Assembly (NCBI GenBank): GCA_029242945.1
Contig: JAQWSZ010000049.1
Location: 6,320-70,319 of the forward strand
Source: Gammaproteobacteria bacterium
GTDB lineage: Bacteria; Pseudomonadota; Gammaproteobacteria; Steroidobacterales; UBA11654
DNA: 64,000 nt
Direction: 5' to 3'
Of the stretch, positions 36,589 to 48,441 are shown one piece after another. Position numbers and translations under genes: made by a program. A model generated the notes under the pieces. The model had not been told where the DNA came from and searched no databases. It saw only the letters and a program-made list of their open reading frames with translations. Position 1 is the stretch's first letter. Each line of letters starts with the position of its first letter.

Positions 36589-38373
36589 TTATTTTTGTTC
36601 TTTTGTTGAAATTCCTAATTCTTTTAGTTGTCCTTTTCCTGCTTGACTTGGTGCATCAGTTAATAGGCAACTTGCCGTTTGAGTTTTTGGAAAAGCAATG
36701 ACCTCACGAATGCTAGTGGATCCAGTCATAAGCATCACTATTCGATCAATGCCAAAGGCAATCCCCCCATGAGGTGGACAACCATATTTTAGTGCTTCAA
36801 GAAAAAATCCAAATTTCTCATTGGCCTCTTCTGGATCAATTCCAAGAACTTGAAAAACAGCTTGTTGCATTGCTTGAGAGTGGATTCTTATCGATCCTCC
36901 GCCAATTTCACTGCCATTCAATACCAAGTCATACCCTCTTGATAAAGCATCGCCTGGATTTTCTATCAATGCATCATCTGATAAGTTAATGGGTGAAGTG
37001 AAAGGATGATGTTCGGACATCCATCTCTTATCTTTAGGATCCCAATGAAACATAGGAAAATCAATAACCCAAACAGGAAACCAACCTTCATTAATTAAAT
37101 TAAAATCTTCAGCCAACTTTACCCTAAGAGCGCCTAAAGAGGCATTTACAATATTTGACTGATCCGCTCCAAAGAAAATAATATCTCCATCATGAGGATC
37201 AAGCCTTTCAATGAGAGCATTAATAGTCGAATCATCTAAAAACTTAAGTATAGGAGATTGCAGACCCTCAAGACCTTGACCGATATTCTGTACTTTTATG
37301 TAAGCTAATCCTTTTGCGCCATAGTCACCTACAAAAGTTGTATAGTCATCGATTTGTTTCCTTGTGATTTCAGAAGCATTTTCTAGTTTCAAACAAGCAA
37401 CTCTAGAATCGTTCCTATTCGCGGGGCCTGAAAATACCTTAAATTCAACCTCTTTCATCAAATCACTGACATCTTGTAACTCCATGTCAATTCCTATATG
37501 AGGGCGATCAGTACCAAATCGTTGCATTGCATCTTGATAAGAAATTTTCTCAAAATTACTATCAAACTGATAATTCAAAACTTCGTCAAAAAGGTTTTTA
37601 ACCATAGCCTCCATAGTGTCTCTGACTTCGTCTTGATCTATAAAAGACATCTCAATATCTAATTGTGTGAATTCAGGCTGTCTGTCTGCCCTTAAATCCT
37701 CATCTCTGAAGCATCGAGCTACTTGATAATATTTATCAAATCCTGACATCATAATCAGTTGCTTGAACAGTTGTGGTGATTGAGGCAGAGCAAAGAATTC
37801 ACCTTTCTGTGTTCTACTAGGAACAAGATAATCTCTTGCACCCTCAGGAGTGGCTTTTGTGAGTATTGGAGTTTCAATCTCTATAAATTCTTTTTGATCT
37901 AAAAAATTTCTCAATGAACGAATGATGTTATGACGAATTTTGAGTTTATCCGCCATTTCACTTCTTCGAAGATCTAAATAACGATATTTTAATCGCGTGT
38001 CTTCATTCGTATTTTCATCATGATGAAATGGTGGGGTTAATGATGTGTTCAAAACACTCATATCACTGACAAGAATTTCTATCGCACCTGTTGGCATATC
38101 GTCATTAATGGTACCTTCTGGCCTATCTCTAACTACACCATTAACAGAAATAACAAACTCGCTTCTTATCTTTTCAGCTTGTTGAAACAGTTCAATATTT
38201 TCAGGATTAAAAACTAATTGCAGTAAGCCACTGGTATCTCGTAAATCAACAAAAATAACGCCCCCATGATCTCTTCTTCTGTGCACCCAGCCAGCTACTG
38301 TGACTTTATCCCCAATAACTTTTTTTCCTACTTGATTGCAGTAGTTTGATCTCATTATTTTATTTTCTGACAT
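36589..38373 (-). CDS. aspS: Aspartate--tRNA ligase
   Basis: [37 protein letters not shown] and GGIAFGIDR class II motifs. The true start may be the internal MRSNYC at 38355. Confidence 0.95.
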   Translation of the reverse strand: MSENKIMRSNYCNQVGKKVIGDKVTVAGWVHRRRDHGGVIFVDLRDTSGLLQLVFNPENIELFQQAEKIRSEFVISVNGVVRDRPEGTINDDMPTGAIEILVSDMSVLNTSLTPPFHHDENTNEDTRLKYRYLDLRRSEMADKLKIRHNIIRSLRNFLDQKEFIEIETPILTKATPEGARDYLVPSRTQKGEFFALPQSPQLFKQLIMMSGFDKYYQVARCFRDEDLRADRQPEFTQLDIEMSFIDQDEVRDTMEAMVKNLFDEVLNYQFDSNFEKISYQDAMQRFGTDRPHIGIDMELQDVSDLMKEVEFKVFSGPANRNDSRVACLKLENASEITRKQIDDYTTFVGDYGAKGLAYIKVQNIGQGLEGLQSPILKFLDDSTINALIERLDPHDGDIIFFGADQSNIVNASLGALRVKLAEDFNLINEGWFPVWVIDFPMFHWDPKDKRWMSEHHPFTSPINLSDDALIENPGDALSRGYDLVLNGSEIGGGSIRIHSQAMQQAVFQVLGIDPEEANEKFGFFLEALKYGCPPHGGIAFGIDRIVMLMTGSTSIREVIAFPKTQTASCLLTDAPSQAGKGQLKELGISTKEQK

Positions 38374-38375
38374 AT

Positions 38376-39002
38376 TTAATCTATTTTCTGTATTTTTTCT
38401 AACTGCTCGCCAGGAACAACCACACCCAATGAAATAATCATTTTCAATCCATCTTCTACGCTCATATCTAACTCAATAACATCACTTTGAGGAACCATTA
38501 AGATCAAACCTGAAGTTGGATTAGGAGTTGTTGGAACAAAAACACAAACCACATCTACACCACTCTTTTCTTCTATCTCTCCAAGATTCTTTGATGTTTG
38601 AAAGCACAGGCTATACAAGCCCTTCCTGGGGTATTCTATCAAAAGTACTTTAGAAAAGGATTGGGTTTGGTCTGACAACACTAGTTCAGCAAATTTCTTC
38701 AACGGTGAATATATACTGCGGACGAAAGGAATCTTATCCAGAAATGACTCCCACCAATCAACAAGGCTTTTACCAATAAAATTTGCAGCAATCAGCCCAG
38801 TAACGAAAATGATGACAACTGCTAAAAGAATTCCAAATCCTGGAATTGAAAAACCAAGTAGGTTCTCCGGTCTAAAAAATTCTGGAATAATCTTATAAGT
38901 TTGTCCTAAAAGATCCAGTAAAACTCTGATAATAAATATTGTGACGCCCAGCGGCAACCAAACCAACAGGCCTGCTACAATGATGCGTCTTATTCTCTTC
39001 AT
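38376..39002 (-). CDS. DUF502-family membrane protein
   Basis: Two N-terminal TM helices followed by [13 protein letters not shown], typical of DUF502. Conserved neighbour of aspS in gammaproteobacteria. Confidence 0.7.
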   Translation of the reverse strand: MKRIRRIIVAGLLVWLPLGVTIFIIRVLLDLLGQTYKIIPEFFRPENLLGFSIPGFGILLAVVIIFVTGLIAANFIGKSLVDWWESFLDKIPFVRSIYSPLKKFAELVLSDQTQSFSKVLLIEYPRKGLYSLCFQTSKNLGEIEEKSGVDVVCVFVPTTPNPTSGLILMVPQSDVIELDMSVEDGLKMIISLGVVVPGEQLEKIQKID

Positions 39003-39061
39003 ATAAATGTTTTAACTACTCTTTAGATTACAAATAATTTCAACTTTAATTAACTAGTATA

Positions 39062-39379
39062 TTACTCTTTACCTTTTGGTGCTTTATCTTTGCTTGCTTT
39101 CTTTTTTTCAGGTTTTTCTAATTTTTTCTTCTTTGCACCCTTTTCGTCCTTCTTTTTTGGCTTATCTTCTTTGCTATCTGCTAAATTTTTTTGGTTTTCT
39201 TTTTTGAAGTCTGTCTCATACCAACCCTGTCCTTTCAATCTAAAATTTGGAGCTGAAATCAAACGTTTGAGGGCAGAACCACCACAATTAGGACAATCAA
39301 TGAGAGGTTCTTCATTAATTTTCTGCAACGCATCTAAAAGATGATTGCATTCCCGACATTGATATTCATAAATAGGCAT
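39062..39379 (-). CDS. FmdB-family zinc-ribbon protein with a Lys-rich tail
   Basis: MPIYEYQCRECNH...CPNCGG is the CxxC...CxxC ribbon. Confidence 0.8.
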   Translation of the reverse strand: MPIYEYQCRECNHLLDALQKINEEPLIDCPNCGGSALKRLISAPNFRLKGQGWYETDFKKENQKNLADSKEDKPKKKDEKGAKKKKLEKPEKKKASKDKAPKGKE

Positions 39380-39455
39380 AAACTTATAATTTCTTACTTT
39401 CGGTTAAAATATGTCTCTAAATTTGCAGTATCTTACTCCAGTGCTAAAAAAATAT

Positions 39456-40448
39456 CTAAACTTTAGCTTCAGGATAAATTAATTTATTCATTGAATCCTT
39501 TGTTAAAGACCCTTCAGACATCTCTATTAAAATAGATTCCATATCCTCTGGTAGCGCAGCTTCGAATTTCATTCTCTTCTTTTCGATAGGATGATCAAAT
39601 AAAAGCAGACAAGCATGTAAGGCCTGTCTTTTAAAATATTTAAGTTTTGTGATTAATTCTTCTTTCGCTCCTTTGGGGGTATAAAATCTTCCACCATATA
39701 GTGGATCGCCTATTAAAGGATATTTTATATGTGAAAGATGAGCTCTGATTTGATGAGTTCTTCCTGTTTCTAGCCTTAATCCTAAAAAAGTATGATGCTT
39801 GAATTTTTTCAGAACACGATAATGAGTCACTGCCCTTTTACCTTGAGTCATGATTTTAAATCGTATTCTATTATTAGGATCTCTCGATAAATTAGCATCA
39901 ACTGTCCCTCCACTAGTCATAACGCCAATGCAAATGGCACGATATTCTCTAGTAATAAGTCTCTCTTGCAAGTCAGATACTAATATTTTATATGATAGGT
40001 TTGTTTTTGCGATGATTAAGAGACCGCTTGTATTTTTATCAAGTCTATGAATTAAACCCGCTCTAGGCAACTTACTCAAAGCAGGATGATGATATAAAAG
40101 TCCATTTTGCAATGTTCCTTCCATATTACCCGTGCCTGGATGCACGACCAGTCCATAAGGCTTATTAATAATAATTATATGGTCGTCTTCAAATACAATA
40201 TTAAGATCCATTGATTCAGAAACCGTTTCTTTTCTATTCTCAAAAACAGGTTCAATACTAATAATTTGTCCAATAACTAATTTTGTCTTGGGCTCAACTT
40301 TCCTTTCATTGACTAGAATATTTCCAGAATGGATCCACTGTTTAATATTCATTCTAGAATATTCATTCAAAATACCGCTGATTGCTTTATCGATTCTTAT
40401 CTCTGCTAAGCTTTCATCAACAGTAATTATTATCTTCTTTTGGTCCAT
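39456..40448 (-). CDS. rluD: 23S rRNA pseudouridine synthase, RluA family (RluD)
   Basis: S4-like N-terminus and catalytic HRLDKNTSGLLIIAK. Divergent from bamD, as in E. coli. Confidence 0.9.
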   Translation of the reverse strand: MDQKKIIITVDESLAEIRIDKAISGILNEYSRMNIKQWIHSGNILVNERKVEPKTKLVIGQIISIEPVFENRKETVSESMDLNIVFEDDHIIIINKPYGLVVHPGTGNMEGTLQNGLLYHHPALSKLPRAGLIHRLDKNTSGLLIIAKTNLSYKILVSDLQERLITREYRAICIGVMTSGGTVDANLSRDPNNRIRFKIMTQGKRAVTHYRVLKKFKHHTFLGLRLETGRTHQIRAHLSHIKYPLIGDPLYGGRFYTPKGAKEELITKLKYFKRQALHACLLLFDHPIEKKRMKFEAALPEDMESILIEMSEGSLTKDSMNKLIYPEAKV

Positions 40449-40536
40449 ATCTTTATTAGTAGAATTCCTTTAATCTAATTTTAAGCTATAATTCCATATA
40501 ATTTTACAACTTAAATAAATAACTACTTTTAGAATA

Positions 40537-41328
40537 TTGAAATCACGATCAAAAATATTATTAATATCTATAGTTTCATGCTTTTATATTGCGGGATGTA
40601 GTAAAGACGAAGTTACTGACTTAAGATCATCTGCTGATATTATTTATGAAAAAGCATCTAATTCCATGGGAAATGGTAACTATAGAAATGCAACCAATTA
40701 CCTAGAGGTACTAACAACTTCATTTCCATTTAGCAATCAAGCGAAACAAGCTCAGCTAGATCTTATATTTGCTCATTATAGAAGTTCAGCATTTGAAGAA
40801 GCCATCGATGAAGCCAAACAATTTGAAAAAGAAAACCCAACTCATCCACGAGTGGATTATGCATTATACATGAGAGGGTTAGCTCTTTTTGAAGGTCAGC
40901 ATTCTTGGTACCATGATGTTTTTGATGTCGATCTAACAAAAAGATCGCCAAATAAAACAGAAGAATCTTTTTCAGTATTTTCTCAACTTATTCGTAGGTA
41001 TCCAAACAGTGTTTATGTTGATGAATCTAGACAAAGAATGGTCTTTCTTAGAAATAGACTAGCAAAATATGAAAATCATGTGGCCCAACATTATATGGAA
41101 AGAGGCGCCTATGTTGCAGCAATCAATAGAGCAAAGTTTTCTATCGAACAATACAATGGTGCTCCAGCTACAATTGAATCTTTAAAAATTATTGCGGATG
41201 GTTATAGAAATTTAGGGATGACTGATTTAGCAGAAAATGCCAATAGTATTTATTTAGCTAATGCTCCTAATTCATTAATCCAAACAATTGACAATGAAGA
41301 AAAAAAGCCTTGGTATAAAATCTGGTAA
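40537..41328 (+). CDS. bamD: Outer membrane protein assembly factor BamD (lipoprotein)
   Basis: TTG start, lipobox YIAGC and TPR-like repeats. rluD synteny. Confidence 0.85.
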   Translation: MKSRSKILLISIVSCFYIAGCSKDEVTDLRSSADIIYEKASNSMGNGNYRNATNYLEVLTTSFPFSNQAKQAQLDLIFAHYRSSAFEEAIDEAKQFEKENPTHPRVDYALYMRGLALFEGQHSWYHDVFDVDLTKRSPNKTEESFSVFSQLIRRYPNSVYVDESRQRMVFLRNRLAKYENHVAQHYMERGAYVAAINRAKFSIEQYNGAPATIESLKIIADGYRNLGMTDLAENANSIYLANAPNSLIQTIDNEEKKPWYKIW

Positions 41329-41333
41329 AAAAC

Positions 41334-42203
41334 CTATTTTAGAACTGAATGCATTTTCTTACCGATCAAGGCTAAAGAATCAACAGTATGGACTCCTGCT
41401 TCATTTAAAGCTTCATATTTAGCAGATGCTGTACCTTCCTTACCAGTAACAATTGCACCAGCATGGCCCATTCTTTTTCCCGGAGGTGCTGAAACTCCAG
41501 CAATATAAGCTACTACGGGTTTTGAAATATTATCTTTGATAAACATGGCAGCCTTTTCCTCATCGGATCCACCAATTTCTCCAACCATCACAATACCCTT
41601 AGTATCAGAGTCGGCTTCAAATAACTCCAAACAATCAATAAAGTTTAATCCCTTAATTGGATCACCGCCAATACCAATACAAGTACTCTGTCCTAGGCCA
41701 TAATGTGTTGTCTGATGAACAGCTTCATAAGTCAAAGTCCCTGATCTTGAAATAATACCAATAGAGCCTTTTTGATGAATAAATCCTGGCATAATTCCAA
41801 CTTTAGATTCCTCAGGTGTAATAATTCCAGGACAATTAGGTCCAATTAACTTTGAGTTAGAATCTTGCATTTTTGCTTTAACAGCAATCATGTCTTGCAC
41901 GGGTATTCCTTCTGTTATACAAACAATCAATCCAATTTCAGCATCTATTGCGGCAATAACTGCTTCGGATGCAAATTTTGCAGGAACGAAAATCATGCTA
42001 ACATCTATCTCTAAATTTTCTCTAGCTTCTCTAACGGAATCAAAAACAGGCACACCTAAATGCTCTTGTCCTCCTCTTCCTGGAGTGACTCCTGCAACAA
42101 CATTACTACCATATTCTATACATTGATCAGTATGAAATGTCCCCTGACTCCCTGTAATACCTTGGCATAATATTTTTGAAGAAGAGTTAATCAATACGCT
42201 CAT
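41334..42203 (-). CDS. sucD: Succinate--CoA ligase subunit alpha
   Basis: [23 protein letters not shown] and the phosphohistidine segment MGHAGAI. Confidence 0.95.
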   Translation of the reverse strand: MSVLINSSSKILCQGITGSQGTFHTDQCIEYGSNVVAGVTPGRGGQEHLGVPVFDSVREARENLEIDVSMIFVPAKFASEAVIAAIDAEIGLIVCITEGIPVQDMIAVKAKMQDSNSKLIGPNCPGIITPEESKVGIMPGFIHQKGSIGIISRSGTLTYEAVHQTTHYGLGQSTCIGIGGDPIKGLNFIDCLELFEADSDTKGIVMVGEIGGSDEEKAAMFIKDNISKPVVAYIAGVSAPPGKRMGHAGAIVTGKEGTASAKYEALNEAGVHTVDSLALIGKKMHSVLK

Positions 42204-42205
42204 AA

Positions 42206-43369
42206 TTATAGTCCAACAGATTCAACTACTTTAACTGCGGCATCCGTAAGGTCATTAGCCGAAATTATTTTTAAACCAGACTCTTCCAATCTCAGTTTTC
42301 CATTTTCAACATTAGTGCCTTCCAATCTAACAATAATGGGTATGGATATATTAGAAGTTCTGACAGCATTAATGATGCCATCAGCAATAACATCACATCT
42401 GACAATACCACCAAAAATATTTACTAAAATGGATTTAACATTTGGGTTTTCTAAAATTATTTCAAATGCAGCAGTCACCCTTTCAGTAGTTGCTCCCCCT
42501 CCCACATCGAGAAAATTTGCCGGATTACCTCCATGAATTTTAATAAGGTCCATGGTCGCCATAGCTAAGCCAGCTCCATTGACCATGCATGCAATATTGC
42601 CATCTAAGGAAACATAACTTAGATCATTGTTAGATGCTTTCTCTTCTAACTTATTTTCTTGCTCTGGATCTCTCATTTTATACAATTCAGGCTGTCTAAA
42701 AAGAGCATTATCTTCAATCGCTATTTTTGAATCCAACGCCATCAAATGATTGTCTCCATCAATAATTAATGGATTAACTTCAATTAGGTTTGCATCAATT
42801 TTCTTAGCTAGCGTAAATATCTTGCTTGAAAAATCAATAAATTCATCGGATAGATGACTCTTAAAGTTTAGTTTATCTGCTAAGGAGCGCAATGAATCAT
42901 TGCATAAACCTTTACTTGGATCTACTGAGTATTTAATTATTTTTTCTGGTGTATCCTCAGCTACTGCTTCTATATCCATGCCTCCCTCAGTTGAAGCAAT
43001 AAAAGTCCATGTTTCCTGGGCTCTGTCAATAACCAAACTAAAATAATACTCTGCAACAATTTCAGTTCCTGCTTCTATATAGACATGATTAATTGGAAGG
43101 CCATCTCCATCTGTTTGTTTTGTAATAAGCTTCTTGCCTAACATGTTTTCAGCTAAGCCCTTAACCTCATCCAGATCCTTAGTAATTTTTACACCACCCA
43201 CTTTACCCCTTCCTCCAGCATGAACTTGTGCCTTGACAGCCCAAATATTTGTGGAAAGATTTTTAGCAACTTCTAAAGCTTCATCTGGACTTATTGCTAC
43301 TCCGCCTTCCAAGACAGGCATACCTGATTCTAAAAATATTTGCTTCGATTGATACTCGTGTAAATTCAT
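42206..43369 (-). CDS. sucC: Succinate--CoA ligase subunit beta
   Basis: [22 protein letters not shown] and [10 protein letters not shown] blocks. Confidence 0.95.
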   Translation of the reverse strand: MNLHEYQSKQIFLESGMPVLEGGVAISPDEALEVAKNLSTNIWAVKAQVHAGGRGKVGGVKITKDLDEVKGLAENMLGKKLITKQTDGDGLPINHVYIEAGTEIVAEYYFSLVIDRAQETWTFIASTEGGMDIEAVAEDTPEKIIKYSVDPSKGLCNDSLRSLADKLNFKSHLSDEFIDFSSKIFTLAKKIDANLIEVNPLIIDGDNHLMALDSKIAIEDNALFRQPELYKMRDPEQENKLEEKASNNDLSYVSLDGNIACMVNGAGLAMATMDLIKIHGGNPANFLDVGGGATTERVTAAFEIILENPNVKSILVNIFGGIVRCDVIADGIINAVRTSNISIPIIVRLEGTNVENGKLRLEESGLKIISANDLTDAAVKVVESVGL

Positions 43370-43468
43370 AAAGTGAGAAAAAATAATTATTTAAAACAGA
43401 ACTTATTACAACTACGCTATTTTGATCTAAACTAGGGTGTAATTAAACAAATATTTTAGTTATTTTTT

Positions 43469-44089
43469 ATGAATAATAATTTGATTATAGGACTTACAGG
43501 AGGAATTGCCTCTGGCAAAAGTACTGTGTGTAAATTTTTTTCAGATTTATCAATACCAATTATTGATGCAGATAAGATTTCACATAATTTGACAAAAAAA
43601 AATGGCTTAGCATACCCAGAAATTATTGAACATTTTGGAAAAGAAATTACTGAAGAAAATGGTGATATCGATAGAAAGAAATTAAGTGCTATTGTTTTTT
43701 CGAATAAAAGAGAGAAAGAAAAACTTGAATCTATAATACATCCAAAAGTGCTTGATATTATTAAAACTGAGCTAGCAATAAAAGAGGGAGAATATAAAAT
43801 CATTGAGGTACCTCTTTTGATTGAGTCAGGATTTCATAATTTTACCGATAGAATTTTGGTAGTAGACTGCTCAACTGAGACTCAAATAGATAGATTAATT
43901 GAACGAGATGGAATTACAAAAGAACATGCTAGAAATATACTGGATAATCAAATTGATAGAGAAAAAAGATTAGAATTTGCCACCGAGATAGTGACAAATG
44001 AAAAAGAGAATTTACTCATTGAGATAAAGGAACAAGTTAAGAGTATACATGACTTATATTTAGATTTGATTAGAACACAAGAAAAGTAA
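43469..44089 (+). CDS. coaE: Dephospho-CoA kinase
   Basis: P-loop IGLTGGIASGKST. Followed by zapD, as in E. coli. Confidence 0.9.
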   Translation: MNNNLIIGLTGGIASGKSTVCKFFSDLSIPIIDADKISHNLTKKNGLAYPEIIEHFGKEITEENGDIDRKKLSAIVFSNKREKEKLESIIHPKVLDIIKTELAIKEGEYKIIEVPLLIESGFHNFTDRILVVDCSTETQIDRLIERDGITKEHARNILDNQIDREKRLEFATEIVTNEKENLLIEIKEQVKSIHDLYLDLIRTQEK

Positions 44090-44125
44090 ATACTAAATGA
44101 TCCTTTTAAAACAATAAGAAAATAT

Positions 44126-44887
44126 ATGACAAAAGGAATTTATGAATTACCACTAAATGAAAGGTTAAGAACTTTCATGAGAATTGAATTTTTATATGAG
44201 AGACTCAAGTATTTCTCACAAGAATCTTCAGGGCCTTGGGCAATTAGATCATCCATACACAGTTTGTTAGAAATATATTCTATCTTATCCAGAACAGATG
44301 TCAGAAGAGAAGTATTAGCAGATCTTGAAAGATTTATTGTGCAAATGGAAAGATTTCAAAATGTTCCAGATGCTGATTCAAAAATTGCAACAGATATACT
44401 TTTAGATCTTGAAAATATTAAAAATAATGTAGATTCTATTGGCACAGGTTATTTAGAACCACTAAGAAACAATGAATTTATCTCAAGCTTACTTCATCGT
44501 CATACCCTTCCGGGTGGAAAAGCAGAATTTGATATGCCAAAGTATAAACATTGGCTAGAGTCGGGTGATTTTAAGGTCAAACGGCTCCTTGATTCATGGA
44601 TTAATGAAATAGAACCAATTTGTATGGGCATTGAAAAACTTTTATGGTTGATTAGAGAAAGTGCAGAACCCATAGGAACTGTTGCGGTTGATGGTCTCTA
44701 TAATCATCAAATTGAAAGGAAAACTCAAATTTCACTCGTTAGAATTTTCTTGAAGGTTAAATCTATTTATCCTGAAATCAGCGGTGGAAAACATCTCATT
44801 GCTGTTCGATTTTTTGAATATGATTCTAAGTCTGATGAATCACATCAATACAAAAGTAATGTTAATTTTAAGATCTCTCTTTGCTAA
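44126..44887 (+). CDS. zapD: Cell division protein ZapD
   Basis: YELPLNERLRTFMRIEFL start, YPEISGGKH...AVRF and the C-terminal FKISLC all match the ZapD pattern. Confidence 0.85.
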   Translation: MTKGIYELPLNERLRTFMRIEFLYERLKYFSQESSGPWAIRSSIHSLLEIYSILSRTDVRREVLADLERFIVQMERFQNVPDADSKIATDILLDLENIKNNVDSIGTGYLEPLRNNEFISSLLHRHTLPGGKAEFDMPKYKHWLESGDFKVKRLLDSWINEIEPICMGIEKLLWLIRESAEPIGTVAVDGLYNHQIERKTQISLVRIFLKVKSIYPEISGGKHLIAVRFFEYDSKSDESHQYKSNVNFKISLC

Positions 44888-45267
44888 TTATTGTCTTCCA
44901 AATATTTAATAACAGGTTTGCTAGCAGGCATCATTTTTGTCTGATTTAGTTGTCCCAAGGAAACCCATTTTAACGCCTGGTCCTCTTTATTTATTATGAC
45001 TCCTGAATAATCTATTACTAAAAAAGGTATAAGCAGAATCGTAAAGTCACTGTACTTGTATTTTACATTCTCAATTTGTTGTATTTGGGTTGCAACGATG
45101 CCCAACTCCTCATTTAATTCTCTACCCAATGCCTCTTCTGATGATTCTTCACCTTTAAGCTTACCACCTGGAAATTCCCAGTGATCATTGAATATTTTAT
45201 TATTTTTTCTATTGCTTATAAGAATTTGATCTCTAGAATTTTTTATTATTCCAACCGATACCTTCAT
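44884..45267 (-). CDS. mutT: Nudix hydrolase, MutT-type 8-oxo-dGTP diphosphatase
   Basis: Nudix box GGKLKGEESSEEALGRELNEELGI. Located immediately downstream of secA. Confidence 0.8.
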   Translation of the reverse strand: MKVSVGIIKNSRDQILISNRKNNKIFNDHWEFPGGKLKGEESSEEALGRELNEELGIVATQIQQIENVKYKYSDFTILLIPFLVIDYSGVIINKEDQALKWVSLGQLNQTKMMPASKPVIKYLEDNN

Positions 45268-45301
45268 AGTATTCTTCTAGACAATAAATACTTAGAGGAG
45301 A

Positions 45302-48028
45302 TTAAAGGGGAATACCATGGCATTTCTTATACTTTTTCCCCGATCCGCAAGGACATGGTTCATTTCTTCCAACTTTCTTATTCTCTCTAATAAAAGTTGA
45401 CTGCATCACTTTCTCTTTGTTTTCATCTTTTTGTTGTGACGGAGTGTTAAAGACTGAGGATTCTTGATGTTTTAATTCAGCATCATCAAAACTTGGTAAT
45501 TGATCATTGACAGCTGTGGCATCTTCCTCCCCCTTAAACTTAGCTCTGGATAAAATGCTAATCACATTAAATTTTAATTGATCCATCATATATGCAAACA
45601 TTTCGAAAGACTCTCTCTTATATTCTTGCTTAGGATTTTTTTGTGCATAACCTCTTAAATGTATCCCTTGCCTTAAATGATCCATAGCAGCCAAATGTTC
45701 TCGCCAATAAAAATCTAACTGTTGAAGCATAACTGCTTTTTCAATTTCTCTCATTGGCTTTTGGCCAATAGAATGTTCTTTTGCATTGTAGTTTTTTTTA
45801 AACTCATCATGAATTATCTTCCAAATTCCATCAGAGCCAATGGAATCATCTTGGTTGATTATTGTTTCTAAATCTAGAGTAATCAAAAAATCATTAAAAA
45901 TGGACTGAGATAGCCCCTCAAGATCCCATTCTTCTTCTTGTGAATCTTGACTGACATACTGAGTTGTTAATTCTTTAATAGATTCTTCACTGATACCAGA
46001 TATTATGTCTTCAATACTCTCAGATGATAAAATATCATTTCTTAACTGATATATGACTGATCTTTGGTCATTAGCAACATCATCATATTCTAGAAGATTT
46101 TTCCTTATATCAAAATTATGTGACTCAACCTTTCTTTGAGCTCTTTCTATTTGCTTTGTTAATAATTTACTCTCAATAGCTTCTCCTTCTTCCATGCCAA
46201 CTCTTGATAACATTGTTTTAGTCCTCTCAGGATCACCGAATATTCTTAGAAGATCATCCTCCATTGACAAATAAAATCTTGTTGAACCTGGATCGCCTTG
46301 TCTACCGGACCTTCCTCTGAGCTGATTATCAATTCTTCTGGATTCATGTCTTTCTGTTCCAATAATATGCAATCCTCCGGATTCAATTACTTGTCTATTT
46401 CTTTCTTTCCACTCTTGTCTTAATGCTTTAATATTTTCATCATCTACTTTCTTACCAGATAGTTTTATTTCTGCTTCAAAATTACCGCCCAACACTATAT
46501 CTGTTCCTCTTCCAGCCATATTAGTGGCTATTGTCACAGCTCCAGGTTTGCCAGCTTGGGCAATAATAATTGATTCTTTTTTATGCTGTTTAGCATTTAA
46601 AACTTCATGCTTTATGTTCTCTTTTAAGAGTAAGCTTGAAATATATTCGCTGTTTTCGATTGAAGCTGTACCAACTAAAGTAGGCTGACCTTTGGATTTC
46701 CTTTGTTTTATGTCTTTGATGATATTTTCAAATTTCCCCTTTCTATTTAAATAAACAAGATCTGATGAATCATCTCTTATCATTTCTTCATGAGTAGGAA
46801 TAACAACAACTTCCAATCCATAAATTTGTTGGAATTCAAAAGCCTCTGTATCAGCTGTACCTGTCATTCCTGATAGTTTTTCATACAATCTGAAATAATT
46901 TTGAAAGGTAATGGATGCTACCGTTTGGTTTTCTTCCTTAATATTTAATCCCTCTTTTGCTTCAACAGCTTGATGTAATCCATCTGACCACCTTCTTCCT
47001 GTCATTGTTCTTCCGGTGAATTCATCAACTATAATCACTTCACCATCTTTAACAATATAGTCAACATCTTTGTTGAATAATTTATGTGCTCTTATCGCTG
47101 CATTAATATGATGCATTAGCTTTATATTTTTAGGATCGTATAAACTTTCGCCAAAACTGAGAATTTTTAGTTCGATAAGAATATTTTCAAGATTACTATG
47201 TCCTTCTTCAGTTAAATAGACTTGTTTTGATTTCTCATCGATCGTGTAATCCATCGTCAGATCTTCATTTACTGCTGGTTCTAGCTTATCCACAATTTTA
47301 TTCATTCTAAGATACAAGTCTGTGCCTTGATCTGCTTGACCTGAGATAATTAACGGAGTTCTTGCTTCATCAATCAAGATAGAATCAACCTCATCTACAA
47401 TAGCAAAGCCAAGCTGACCTTGTGCTTGAGAGTGCTCATCATAAGATAAATTATCTCTTAAATAATCAAACCCAAATTCATTATTGGTTCCATAAGTAAT
47501 ATCACAACTATAAGCTGCTCTTTTATCCGCTTGTGTTTGTGAAGAATGAATAAAACCCACTGATAGCCCTAAGAATTCATAAATAGGCCTCATCCAATCA
47601 GAATCTCTTTCTGCTAAATATTCATTAACAGTGACAATATGAACTCCTGTACCTGTAAGTGCATTCAGATATGCAGGTAACGTCGAGACTAAAGTTTTTC
47701 CCTCTCCTGTTTTCATTTCAGAGATCTTGCCATTATGCAAAGCTAAACCACCGATTAGTTGAACATCATAATGCCTGAGCCCAATAGTTCTTTGTGATGC
47801 CTCTCTAACTATTGCGAAAGCTTCAGGAAGAATTTTTTCTAAATTCTTATTTTGACTATACTCTGTTTTAAGCTGATCAGATTTAGTTCTTAGGTCTTCA
47901 TCACTAAGATTCTTCAAAGATTCCTCTAGATCATTAATTTTATCAACAGTCTTAGAATACTGACTTAGTAGCCTCTCATTACTACTGCCAAATATCTTCT
48001 TAAAAATGTTAGTGAAACTATTACTCAT
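45302..48028 (-). CDS. secA: Preprotein translocase ATPase SecA
   Basis: 908 aa. MKTGEGKT Walker [20 protein letters not shown], and the C-terminal zinc finger [14 protein letters not shown]. Confidence 0.97.
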
Positions 48029-48150
48029 AAAATTAAATTAATATTTTTAGATGTTCTTCCAATCTAATTCTTTTATAGGTTTGTTTAGAACGCTATTATA
48101 CCTAGATAGAACAAAATTTAATTACCTAGTTATGAGAATTACCAACAGTA

Positions 48151-48441
48151 ATGAAGCATATATCAGAAATAATTGGAAAAGGATTTAAAAAAATAGATAA
48201 TTTTAGCGATTTTCTTAAAGACAAGACACTCCTTACTAAATATTTACAAAAAAATATCAAAACCTATGGAAAGTTTATAGTTGCAGCCTATTTAGATGAG
48301 AACAAGACGTTGATTATTGAAACTCAAAGCAATGAAATTTCAGCAAGACTGAGATATGAAGACACTAATATAAGAAAAATATGTAGAAATTTAGATATTA
48401 ACCCTAAAAAAATAAAATATAGGACCTTTACTAAAAGTTAA
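48151..48441 (+). CDS. Small conserved hypothetical protein, possibly DUF721/DciA-like
   Basis: 96-aa basic protein between secA and lpxC, the position a DUF721 gene occupies in Pseudomonas-type genomes. No strong motif visible. Confidence 0.4.
   Translation: MKHISEIIGKGFKKIDNFSDFLKDKTLLTKYLQKNIKTYGKFIVAAYLDENKTLIIETQSNEISARLRYEDTNIRKICRNLDINPKKIKYRTFTKS

Noticed and set aside
39062-39200. Lys/Glu-rich repetitive coding stretch (KKKDEKGAKKKKLEKPEKKKASKDKAPKGKE), considered as a tandem repeat or a non-coding element.
   Set aside because: It is the in-frame low-complexity tail of the FmdB-type zinc-ribbon ORF. There is no exact nucleotide repeat unit.
41334-43369. sucCD standing alone, flanked by bamD and coaE with no sucAB/sdh, considered as a transferred island.
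   Set aside because: Composition and codon usage look like the neighbouring core genes, and there are no mobility genes or flanking repeats. It is most simply a lineage-specific operon split.
43456-43803. 115-aa ORF antisense to coaE. Similar shadow ORFs lie antisense to, or out of frame with, strong genes: 1167..1418, 8326..8592, 11024..11350, 26271..26582, 28640..28882, 39090..39344, 41890..42126, 48709..49080, 56324..56632, 61808..62101.
   Set aside because: Each lies wholly inside a longer ORF with clear family motifs. Their translations are low-complexity and rich in Phe/Ile/Ser/Leu, as expected for the antisense of AT-rich coding DNA. None has a recognisable domain or a plausible ribosome-binding site.
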